Source: Elsinoe ampelina
Lineage: Eukaryota
NCBI GenBank assembly: GCA_010093995.1
Contig: ML992504.1
Location: forward strand, 496,001-560,000
DNA length: 64,000 nucleotides
Direction: 5' to 3'
Shown here: positions 33,318 to 45,251 of the stretch, in pieces
How the letters are laid out: every line of letters starts with the position of its first letter
How positions within the stretch are numbered: the stretch's first letter is position 1
Notes under the pieces: model-generated
Databases searched by the model: none
What the model was told of the DNA's origin: nothing
The model's input: the letters and a program-made list of their open reading frames with translations, nothing else
Translations under genes and position numbers: made by a program

Positions 33318-36301
33318 ATGGACCTCGCTCGTCGCCGCGATCCCAACTTTGACGAAGACGAATACCGCCGCCAACGGGACCTCCAGGAACACCTGAACAG
33401 ACTTCGCCGAGACAATCTCCGGCGTGCTGCCAGAGCCAACAGAATGCGGAGCAATGACTCGTCCTCGGACGAGGACGAGAGCGGGCCTGTAGAGACACCG
33501 CAGGAGAGCACGGCCGAGAACAGCACGAGTGGCGATCCGGCTAAGAATGGAGATGACAAAGCGGAGACGAAAGAGGAGGGTGAGAAAGAGGTGAAGAAGG
33601 ACGGTGAGAGCGAGAGTGAGAAGAAGGATGGCGAAAAGAAAGAGGACGAGAAGAAGGAAGAGGACAAGAAGGAGGAGAAGCTCGACCCCAAGCTTGTTGG
33701 CATGAGTGTTGGTCTAAAGCACCTCTACTCGGGCAAGGAGGACAAGAAGGGCAGATTTCAGTGGCAGACCACCATCCCGGAGGACGTAGGTAAGCCTGCA
33801 GAGGACGCAGAGACGCAGAAGTGGGCATTGATCGTCCGGCATATCAAGGTCTACAATGACCCGAGCAAAGTCCTGGCGGTACACAGTATCGTGGTACAAA
33901 GCCCGCTGCTGAAGGATTTGCTGAAAGGCGTGCTAAAGGGGTATCCCGGCGTCACAGTGGGGCTTCAGAGGCTCGAGTTTGGCAGCAAATTTGAGCCGCT
34001 GATACATCGGTGGCCACAGCTTACCGCAGCGATCGAGGAGCTGAGAAAGAAAGTCAAGGCACGAGAGACAGGAGAGGAGGCGGAGAAGGGCCATGGCGAG
34101 GAGGAGAATGAGGTGAAGCATGAGCAGGTGGATCAGGATGGCAAGATCTTACCAACAGAAGCCACGACAAAGTCAGATGAGAAGAAAGACGACACAAAGG
34201 CAGAGGACGTACTTGTGGTCACGAAGCCCACGACGACAGCCGAGTCAAAGGATGTCGTCAAAGAACCCACACCAGAAGAGCAAGACGCTACCAAGCTCAA
34301 GCATGCCGAGCTTCTCTACGACCTCCTTGTCTCCGAGTTCCAGACTCTGATCGACTCTTCACAAGACATGAAGGCAAAGGGTGTCATGACCTACGAGTAC
34401 CTTTGGACAATATTCCAGCCTGGCAGTTTCATCTTCTCCAAGGTCGAGGGCCAAGAACGAGTATTTCGACTACGCAGCGGCAGGTACGGTCAGGACCGGG
34501 ATGGAAATCCTGTCTTTTGGCTCATCATGCTCTACGTGGAGTATGACGGCGTACGATTTGGCTACCAGAAGCTAAATGTCTTCATCCGAGCTTTTAATGG
34601 CACACGAGGCATATCAACGCTTTCCAGCTTTCCATTGGAATCCCATCAGCACAAGGACGAAGTCAAAGCTCGACTACTTGCACGTGGCGAGAAGGTTGAA
34701 GATCTCGCCGGCACGCACTACCGTTCATATGACGGTATGGGCTGGAAGGAGGGTAATTGGGGTCAGAAGGAGAAGTACAGCGTCAAAGGCAGGATCATAG
34801 TGGACACCTATGGCTGGAATAGATTCGACCCCAATCAGAGCATCTATGTCAGTCCACTGAACAAGGACGCTCTGGATATGGGCGACAATCGGTCCGGCAG
34901 TGGCGATGACGAAGAGGAGTATGGCGATATGGACAATGACATGGAGGATGGGATGCCGATTGATGGTGTGTATCATCTGATCGCTAGAGAGTTACCTTGA
35001 GCACTGACAATATCGAAGGTCACTTTGCCGACGAGGACGAAGGTGAAAATCGCGTGCCCCTCGACGAAGACCAGAAACTCATCTGCACCCATCTTGTCCG
35101 CGGCTACGCTTTGAAAGAGAAGCTGTGGCTCAATATGTACGCCAACTCTGTCTCAGAAATAGCCTTCAACACGAGGGCCTTCGACTCGCTTGTCTTGCCC
35201 GAAGCTACGAAAGAGCTAATTCTGGGCTTCACCTCCTCCCAACAGTCCTTCCGCAACCAATTTGACGACGTCATCGAGGGCAAAGGAAGAGGCATAATCC
35301 TCCTTCTTTCTGGTCTGCCCGGTGTCGGAAAGACTCTTACAGCCGAGTCGGTTGCCGAGGAGATGCGAGTGCCCCTCTTCGTCATGTCGGCAGGAGACGT
35401 CGGGCTCGACAGTCGTCACATTGAGACTCGTCTCCTGGACGTCTTTGAAATGGTCACCCGATGGAACGCTATCCTTCTGCTCGACGAGGCTGATGTCTTC
35501 CTCGAAGAGCGCTCACTTCATGAGATCGAGCGCAATAAGCTCGTCAGCATCTTCCTACGAGTACTAGAGTACTACGAGGGTATCATGTTCTTGACGACCA
35601 ACCGGGTCCAGACATTTGATGCCGCCTTTCAGAGCAGAATCCACATCAGTATCGACTACCCCGAGCTCAGCATTGAGAGCAGGAAGCAGGTCTGGAAGAA
35701 CTTTCTGGTACAGCATGATGTGGTGCAGAAGGCTTCGAGAGAAAAGGGGCCACCGAAGCCGATTAGTTCGAGTATCAAGAACACACCTGCAAAGAAGAAG
35801 TTGGAGGAGGTAAAGACTGAGGAGAAGGTTGTGGTCGGGGACAAAACCGAGGAGAAGATCGGTGACAGCGAGAAGCCAGCTGTTAAGTCAGCTGACACTG
35901 ACAAGCCAGAAACGAAGCCAGCAACGACCGAAGCTACCGATGCTCAAGGTGGGAGCACTACCTCTGCGACTGAAGACACAGTAGCCAAAGACGACAAGAC
36001 CGAACCAGAGAAAGCAAGCGACAAGTCCGCTAGCGACTCGACCGAGAAGGCGGAAGCAGAGAAGAACCACCAGCTCGCCACCCAGCCCCACTGCATCACA
36101 GAGAGAGACATTGATACGCTAGCACGCATGCATATGAACGGCAGACAGATCAAGAACGTGCTAAAGACGGCACAGCTCTTGGCTAGCAGGAGGAAGGAGA
36201 GCTTGAGTAAGAAGCACATCCAGACCGTACTGGATGTGACGCAGCATTTGCATAACAGCACGAGGGAGAATGAGCGGACGAGGAGTAGTATCTTTGCGTG
36301 A
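33318..36301 (+). CDS. Fungal AAA+ ATPase with long N-terminal domain and charged insertions, 2 exons
   Basis: Intron 34966-35018; Walker A GLPGVGKT, Walker B LLLDEADVF, FLTTNR sensor, DAAFQSRIH, MNGRQIKN. TATA-like CTATATAA at ~33195. Confidence 0.9.
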
Positions 36302-36764
36302 GGGACAACGTTACATGAGCGGAGCATAGGGCGGGACATAACGACGCAATGAATGTGAACAGGATATCATGATAGCATGGCGAGGTGTCTTGTCCAGTTA
36401 TTCTCTACTCCGTGTAAATTTCGGTCAATGAAAAAATTATCGATCCAATGTATAATCATTGTGTACTGAAAGGGGGACGAGGAGCTCCTGGTGAGCTTCG
36501 GCATTGATTTGGGGTGCAACGCTTCGCCATCACTCAACTTCATCCGTCCATACTCGCATATATTGACGGAACTACCACATCAACCAATACTTTCTCACTC
36601 AGCGTAATCTGCATACGCTCAGCATAGGCACGATGGTTGTAGGAGCTCAAGAGGTGCCGAGCTTCATCCGGACGCCGGAAATGAAGCTGCCACGTTTGCG
36701 TCGCGGTAACGCCACTCCTACACCACGCGTACCCTACCACCCTGTCACGTAGCGCGATTATCAG

Positions 36765-39700
36765 ATGTCTCAGTATCACGATTCCTCGGATAGCGGTCCA
36801 AGTGTCGACGACGATGACTCCTCAGTGAGCTTGGGAGAAGGCGTGTCACATTTAACCCGTAGCAACAGCGACTTGCGAACGCAGCTACACCAATGCTTCA
36901 CATCGGCATACGTCTCTGGCACCTTTGCCAGCAGCGCTACAGTAGACACCTGGCCGAATCCTGCTCTCTTCGTACGAGACGTGGGCTACGTGGGTCTTCC
37001 ACTCGCAGATCCCACAGCACTCAAGGCCGTCGCCCAGAAAGCGCCCTTCGGACAAGGCGAATCTACTTTCGTGGACGAGACCGTTCGTAAGACCTGGGAG
37101 ATAGACGCTTCAAGGCTACAAATAGGTAATCCGCAATGGCATAACTTCATACAGGGGACTGTGGTGCCCGTTGTGACAACCGCGATCGGTGTAGCAGGGT
37201 CATCAAGGACGTCCACCAGAGCCGAGCTGTACAAGCTTTTACTGTACGAGGAAGGAGCCATGTTCAAACCTCACAGAGAGTCGGTTGCCCTCTGTCACTT
37301 GTAATATCGCGCTCGCTCACGCGAAACAGTACGCCAAAAGTGCCCGGCATGTACGGAACTCTCGTCATCAGTTTGCCTTCACCGCATACCGGAGGAGATG
37401 TCATCCTACGACATGACAATAGGTCTATACAATGGCAGTCATGCACTTATCCGATATGGGTTGTGTCGTTCTGTGCTTGGTATGCAGATGTTGAGCACGA
37501 AGTCCTGCCCGTGACATCTGGCTGCCGACTCGTGCTTACTTACAACCTCATCGATACCGCTGTTACATCTGAAAAGTCATGCGTGAAGGTAGTCACGTCA
37601 CCAGACCAACGGCTTGCCACCATTCTAAATTGCTGGCAAAGATTTACCCCCGACTGGAAGAACAAGGATAATTCGGACTACTTGTGCTACGCTTTGAAGC
37701 ACAAATACACCGACAACAGCCTCACTACAGGCATGCAAGCTCTGAAGGGACCAGATGCCATGATCGTTTCACAGACTGCACGAACTGCCGATGTCAACGG
37801 ATTCTCGGTCTTTCTCGCAACAGTACAGAAGTGCGTCACCGGAGAGGTGGATGGCGGCGAACGGCGAAGCTCTCAGCAAATCGTCGATGTCACCAGTATT
37901 GGTTGGAACCTTCGCTTGATAGTCTCGCTTGATGGCCGCGAGTATGCGAGGGACGTTCCCATGGAAGAATCGCAAATGATCCAGGAAGACTTTTTCAACA
38001 GCGCACATCCGTCCAAAATAGAGCCGAGCACATTTCAAGGTAATTATGGCTCATCGGCTGTACACTGGTATCGTTCTTCGGTGAGTGCAAGAAGCGTGAT
38101 GTGTCGACGGTGACTATGCTGACAGCAACAGGTGATGGTCATCATGCGAGACAAGGATGTTGTCCCGACCTTGCTAAAGACTTCGCTAGCAGGTCATACT
38201 ACCCGAGATGATAGAGGAATCAAGGACCGGCTGTCTCTGCTGATCGAAAATTGCATGCAACGTCAAGGGGATCCCAAATCAGCATCTATGCTCAGCGCAG
38301 CATGTCGAGCAGTGCATCAACGGCTAGTGCAAGAGGATTACAAGGATGTGCCTGACCGTTGGTCAACTACCAGAATGAAGCGGGTATTTGACCCTTCGGA
38401 TGACGACCTGGCCTACATTGCTTACTGTGCATGCTATATTGGCAACTCCGTCATCTTCCACAACATGATAGGTCGCCTGAAGCACCTCACACTGCCTTCT
38501 ATGCAATCATTCGCTGCAGTTCTTGCGCCGAGGGTACTTTTGAATTTCGAGCAGAGGTAGGGACCCAACAGTCGCATGACGAGTGCGATCAGGCTGACCT
38601 TATGTGTGCAGCCTTTCGACCTTGGTGACCAAGACCGACGGTCCTTGGCAGAAGCTCCTCAATGCAGTCACATTCGAACAGGCATGGAGACTGCGGTGTA
38701 ATGAGCCTGCTGCTTGTGCTGCCCTACCGATCGTCGAGCGATGCAGTGATATCTTGTTCGAGCGCGCCAGTCAACATGGAGCGACGGGTGAAGATGACGG
38801 CGTGATACTTGCCATATGGGCGAAGAACCGAAGGGCTCCAGTGCTCGGACATAGGTATGTCTCCCTGCTATTGGTCGCTTCAACCACTCACCCTTGATAG
38901 TGTCCTACCGTACCTCGAGCGTGTGCAACCTCGGCCACAGTTTGTGATTGGTTTTTTTGGCGGAGAGCCACAGAGCGCCAAAGACAGCGTGGGGCGAGCG
39001 ACTGCACCGTATCGAGTTCACCAGGCTGCTTAGCCGTGCATTGCATCAGCTTGTACCTTCAGAGACGACGAGTGCCAGCAATCCGGTGACTGTCCGCGAC
39101 CCTCGCGAGCCTGCACCGTTATGGGCTTGCAAATTAGACTGGCAAAACTGGTCCACTCTGTCAGATTTTACGCTCTTGACACAAAATTGGGAGCTGGCAG
39201 GCTCGTTGATCGAGACATTGACAAGCTACGTGCTTGATCTCGCGCGCTCGGCACCAGACATACACCCCTCTTTCACCCTACCCTTTCTCGACGTCACTTC
39301 CAGAACCAGCTCTCGGGGAGTACAGATTCCAGTCCACTTCTTTTCTACACTCTCAAAATGTTACAGAAGGCTTCTAAGGTCATGTCTCAAAGACTACCTT
39401 GGCGAGTCCCCGCCAGAGATCGACAGCAGCATGGAGGGTCTTAGCTGCAGCTGCGAAATCTGCTACGAAGTCAATGAATTCCTCGAGGATGCAGAAGAGA
39501 CCACGCTGGAGCTAGCTGACATGTGCAAACAGGATCGATTCCACTTGCACCAGCAGCTGGATGAGACGGAGTGTAGTCACGAGACCTCCCATGCCGAAGA
39601 GATTGTGATGGTCATTCGCAAGCCTGTAGCGGCTGGCACAAAGGCGTTCAAAGACTGGCAGATGCGGCAGGAGTTCCTTGAGCCCTATTTGCAGCCTGGT

Positions 39701-40021
39701 GCATTCATGGATCATGCGTTCCTGGAAACGATCCTTGGAGATGCGTATGAGGAGATAGTGAACATGGAGATGGATGTGGAGGACGAGAATGAAGATGGCG
39801 CAGCTTCTCATTCGAATCAGGAGGAGGACGCTGCAGAGGAGCCACGCGGGCCGGACATCAGAGAGCAAGCGCCAGTCTCTCTGGGATACCACCACGATGC
39901 CAGCGTGACCGCGGACAGGGCCGTGTCGACGATGGCTCGACCGGTGGCTATACCGGCTGCAGTGGTTCCAGCGAAGCGTCGTATTCAGGAGCTCGACGTG
40001 GTAGATCTGACGGGCACGTAG
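36765..40021 (+). CDS. 2OG-Fe(II) dioxygenase-fold family protein, copy B (5 exons; +1 frameshift at a T7 run ~38952-38958)
   Basis: APFGQGESTFVDETVRKTWE, LYKLLLYEEG, spliced H-R-D, GTLVISLPSPHTGG, AWYADVEHEV..GCRLVLTYNL. Introns 37280-37329, 38081-38131, 38557-38611, 38855-38900; CSCEIC motif; ends PAKRR..VVDLTGT*. Confidence 0.8.
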
Positions 40022-40273
40022 AGTAGAGTGGGCAAGTGAATGTATATAGCAAACCAGCCCGGCAGATCCATCTCTAAATATCTACGCCTCAAAATGCAGT
40101 ACAGCTTGAAAGAGAGAGACTGATTCCCTTTGGACCGAGTACTACCACATTGGATCTATCAAAGACCCACACCGCGTCAGTTTCGCGTTTGACAAGAGAC
40201 CCTGGATGCGTTCACCCTTGCATCCTCCCGTCCACCGTTCGCGCAACGCATCCATCCCGCTCCCCCACCAGGA

Positions 40274-43200
40274 ATGGACATCTACCGCATCCCCGGCGCC
40301 GGAGAGCTCCAAGTCGACGACCTAAAAGAATCCCTCGAATCCTGCTTCACCTCCTTCGACGTCCCCGGCGGTACTTTCGCGCACTCGGCACGCGCAGCCC
40401 AGTACCCCAACCCCGGCCTGCACGTCGAGGGCGTAGGCCTCGTCAGCTTGCCGTTGACAGACGCCAGCGGACTGAAGTCCGTGGCGGCACAAGCGCCGTT
40501 TGGGCACCGGGAGCGGACGATTGTCGACGAGACGGTGCGGAAGACGTGGGAGGTTGATGGTGGGGAGGTCACGTTTCAGAACACGGCATGGGAGGAATGG
40601 GTAGAGGGGACTGTCTTGCCCGAGGTGCTGGAGGGATTGGGTGTTGGTGAGGGGGTCGAGGTGGATGCGAGGTTGTATAAGTTGTTGTTGTATGATGAGG
40701 GGGCGTTGTTTAGGGCGCATCAGGAGTATGTTTGTCCACTACTGGGGTTGTGGGGATGATGCTGACTAGGCTAGTACGGAGAAGGAAGAAGGAATGTTTG
40801 GGACGCTGGTGATTTGTTTGCCCAGTGCACATACGGACGGCGATGTCAGACTTACGCACAACGATACTGAGATCGTCTGGTCGTCGAGCAAGGATTCTGC
40901 CTTTGGGGTGTCGTATGGAGCATGGTATTCAGACGTCATCCACGAGGTGAAGAAAATCACATCCGGCCACCGTTTGGTCTTGACGTACAACCTGATCAAC
41001 TTGTCTGGAGACGAGGAGCTCTCTGCCGAGACCGTGGAGGAGTCCAACAGCCAGCTGACAGAGCCACTTGAGCAGTGGCTGGAAGCTAATCTCGTTGGCT
41101 ACCGGAATGAGATCATCCAGTATCTTTGCTGGGGTCTTGGTCATACGTACAGTGAGGCGAGTCTGCGATTGTCCAATCTCAAAGGCGAGGACCTACCACT
41201 GGTCAAGCATGTGGCTGCGATTGCCAAGCGTACGGGTTTTACCGTCTTGCTTGCTACCATGGAGAAGGATGTTTCCGGTCCTTGCGAGGATGGGTATGAA
41301 GATGACGACTACGACCCATACGACGAGGACGAGGATTGGGATGAACGTCAAGGAGGCAGCGGCGTCAATCACACTATAACGGATATTGTGGAACAGCATT
41401 TGAAGTTGACCAAAGTCGTCGACTTGAACGGTAAGCTGCTCGCCAAAGGCCTCGTAGCTGATGAGCAGAATATCATCCAGGAAGATCTGTTCGATGGTGT
41501 TGATCCATCGCGAGAGAACTACACTCCCTGGCAAGGCAACTATGGATGTGAGAGTACTCAATGGTATCGGCAGTCGGTAGGCATGGTTACACCTGCCATC
41601 TGACTAGCGCTGATAGTGACAGGTCATGATGCTCGTCCGTGATGATCAATTCCCGGCCATCCTTCTGGCAGACTCCTTCGCAGGCAAAGGCGATATAAAC
41701 TCCATCTTCCACTCTTTGCACCGGGACATGCTTTCCGCAACGCCAGGCGACACTCGGCCTGCACATCTGCTGGGTAGTGCACTGTCTACTGTGGAGAACT
41801 TTGTTCGTAATGGATCGCCTGACACGAGAAGTTCGAGACGCTACCACTGGTCTTCGGAATCCACGACAGCGACATTGTCGGACAAAGCACTCCTTGCCGT
41901 TGCAGAGTATGCTATGTACCTTCATGAACCATGGCGGATGGCGGACATTGTGTCTTTGATGAAGAAGGCTCCTAATTCAGAGTACTACCAGACATTCATG
42001 GAGAAATGGGGGACGTACTCGCTACCCAGAACTGGTGCCGGTTTCGAGGAAGCGTAAGTTGCCTGAATGTGATTCTGCTCGGGACGCTGACTTCCTATTG
42101 GGCTATCAACCATGATTCACACCGAGAAGAACGCTTTCCAGCGACTCCATGCAGTCGTTGGTGTGCAGGGGGGCCTGCAGCGCAGTATCCGGAATCGACC
42201 AGTCGGGTATCAAAGCGATCAGCTCACCGAGCGAATCGACATCTGGGCAAAAGGCATGGTAGAAGACATATGGTCGAACTTGAATCCACAGACCAAGGAA
42301 GATGGCACAGCCATGGGCGTCTTCGGTGTCTGTCAAGGCACACAGGAGCTCAAGGATCGGTGAGAAGGGAACCCTACCTGCGCCCTGCAACATTGCTAAA
42401 CTTCACAGGATTGTGCCAAAGGTCGTCGAGCATGCGGACAGGACGGCTTTCTTTCTTGCCTTCCTGGCGGAGTACTACGTCAACGGCGGTGCTATTGATG
42501 ATCCGGAGCATTATGATCACATCATCGTATCACTCGTTCCACTAGCCATTCCAGAGTTCTCACTGGCGGAACTCACCAACATTCAAATCACCAAGAGTTC
42601 TATCGACGTTCCTAATGGAGCCCTGGAGGTGAAGAATTTGGTAGGATCGATCGACCTCTCGTGGCTCTTCTGCGCGCTACTGGAACACAAGCATGTTGAT
42701 AACGCAGTCAAGCTCTTCAAGGCTATTGCTGAGTCAGCCATCGTTCTCTCAGGTATGGCTCCACAAGTGGACTATCAGACCACCCTGCCGTTCCTCAGCA
42801 GCATCTCCAAGTCTGAGCACATGTCGCCGACCCCAGAACAGCTTCTGGAAGTCATGAAACGATACCTACCACAGATTCTGGTCTGCTTCATCCGCTACTT
42901 CGTCAAAACCGCTCCACCAAGAGCGACATGGGCCATGTCCCGGCTCTCATGCAATTGCGTCGACTGCTCGTACATCAGCGACTTTCTCGCCAACCCAGGT
43001 CAGCAGTTTCTCCGCCACCGGGGCGCCACAAAGAGTATGCGACATCACATCCACATCATGCTGGACCGCACAAGCTGCTCGCACGAGACTACCGATCGTG
43101 GCCGGTGGAGCTCGACTATGGTCATTACTAAGCGAAGCCAACACGGTCAGGCGGCATACACTATATGGCAACAGCGTGCAGATCGGGCGAGACAGGCGAT

Positions 43201-43558
43201 CGCAGACATACGCCAGTCATGGCTGCAACAGGTCCTCGGTGACAGCTACGCAGAAATCATCGACCTGAAGATCCCACAGCGGTACAGGACAAGCAGTGCT
43301 GCGCCGACGGCGGAACAAAGAGCTGCGTCGGAACAGAGGCTGCATCGATTGCTGACTGAGCATGCGGCGAGGGGTGGGCAAGCGGCTCGGCACGTTCAGG
43401 AGATGCTTGCGGCGATGACTGCGGGGCCTTCTGCCTCGGGAACAGGGACTGCAATGAGACAACCACGGGTAGTCGGTACACCTGTAGCTGGCCGGCCGCC
43501 AGGGTCGACTGTGCCCGCGAAGAGACCGATTGAGGTTGTGGATCTCACTGGGGACTGA
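40274..43558 (+). CDS. 2OG-Fe(II) dioxygenase-fold family protein, copy C (5 exons; intron 3 lacks a canonical AG)
   Basis: APFGHRERTIVDETVRKTWE, LYKLLLYDEG, spliced H-Q-D-TEK, AWYSDVIHEV..GHRLVLTYNL. Introns 40726-40774, 41577-41622, 42054-42101(?), 42360-42408; CNCVDC motif; ends PAKRPIEVVDLTGD*. Confidence 0.8.
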
Positions 43559-43890
43559 AAGGCCACAGCAAGGCGGGGACATACATTGTCCTACTGTATG
43601 CACAGTTGCCGTTCGAGAACAAGCACCAACTAGAACTAATTCGGGGTCTCGGAGTGGAGTGTATGCTTCAGAAGCAATCATGAACCTCACGCAAGGACAA
43701 TCGCTTTCGATAGCGTAAATCTAAGCAAACAGGGTAAGCTGGTAATGAAAATGGCATCGACCGCTTTCTCCTACATTTCCTTCTCACAGCACACCACATC
43801 TCAGCGTACTGGTCGAATAATAGTGCTATCGCCATCCCGTTCCCATCGAGCTCCAGGTCAACAACTCTGTATACTCTCCACCTCAGAGAC

Positions 43891-45251
43891 ATGTCCTCAC
43901 CTGCGACCACCGCTGGTGGAAGACCCGTTGAAATGGGCGCTCAGGATTGTGTGAAAGAACTACTGGGAACGTCCCTTCAGCTTCACCTCAACAATGCCAC
44001 AGGAGATCCAATCGTCAAGGCTCAGTCCGAGGCCAAAGCTGCTGCAGCTTTCAATTTGTGGCAGGTCATGGTGTCGCGATCGTGCTCTCCGTCTCTTCTG
44101 TACTGGCCTGTTCAAGTCGATGGCGAGACTTTGATCGTGCATCCAGAAAGGGCGGCTGCTTTGAAACAGCTCATGGAGATGATGTCAACTGAAGCAAGCC
44201 GACTTGGCTTCTCGATTGCTCTGGCTTATTTCGACAAAGAGGACCGCTCTCTCTCAAGCAGTGGCAATGATCCGCTGTGCGGAAAGCAGACCCCTCCGGA
44301 AAAGGTGACATTCGCCAGATTGGTCGATATCACTGGCAAGCTCATGAATGAACATAGCATCACTGCTGATTTCGAAGAGATGGTGCTTTTCTGCCATCTG
44401 GCAGACCGCAAGGGCAAGGCTTCAGTGACGCTCGAAACGTTCAATGTCCGAGCGAAGACTGGTCAAGCTCAGAAGATGGTCAGCCGAAACTTGAGCCGTT
44501 TAGAAGACGAGACTAATACACTCACAGGCCTTGGTGTTCCTCACAGCTAAATCCTTGCAATGTGTGAATCTTCAGCCAGCGTTGTCCAACAGTGGTAGAT
44601 GCAAACTTGAAGGCCTGCTGCAGGACCGAGGCCTGCTGCAGGGGACCGCATGAAATCCGATAATGAACCCGACCGGCAGCGCACATTCGAAGCGCTCTCT
44701 CACGCTTGCAGGGCAGTACTTGATGTTTCAGTCGCCTGCAAGGCAAACAATGTGTCTCTACCCGAACTACTAAGAGATAGCGGATTCTGCAACAGTGACT
44801 TGATCATTGTGGTCAGCTTCGCAATCATGCTTGACGACGACAACTTAAACCATCATAAAGGCTTGCAAGGCATCCTTGACAATATTGCAGCCTTCAAGCA
44901 CGGACACGATCTGGTTGTGCTAGCAGATCTGCTTCAATTGGATCGATCTGGTTCGTTGAAACGAGAGTATGACTTCCATTCCCAGCCAGAGAGCATCGAC
45001 TAACCAGTTACAGCTTGCCTTTCATTTTGAAGAAAGCCGAGGATGGCCCAGCAGCCTTGCGGTCATTACTCGAAGAGGAGCGAGCGCAAGAGGATTCCAC
45101 TGGCAGACTTCGATTGATTGACATTCCGAGCTCGTACAGGATCCTGCACGAAATACTGGAAGGTCGATCAACGCAATACAAGCGGTTATCAACGCGTATT
45201 TTGCCGTCCCAGAACGCGGTCCGTCGTGTCCTATCATGGGGACTCTTCTAG
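43891..45251 (+). pseudogene. Truncated, frameshifted copy D of the same family (no dioxygenase domain, no C-terminal region)
   Basis: ASRLGFSIALA, RLVDITGKL and LSHACRAV match middle segments of copies B/C. Introns 44479-44527 and 44967-45013 are at homologous positions. An 18/20-bp duplication at 44611-44648 breaks the frame. Confidence 0.6.

Noticed and set aside
36765..45251. RIP or transposon origin for the paralogue array
   Set aside because: No AT-rich, stop-riddled sequence, transposase/RT motifs or terminal repeats are visible, and the copies look too divergent to be current RIP targets.
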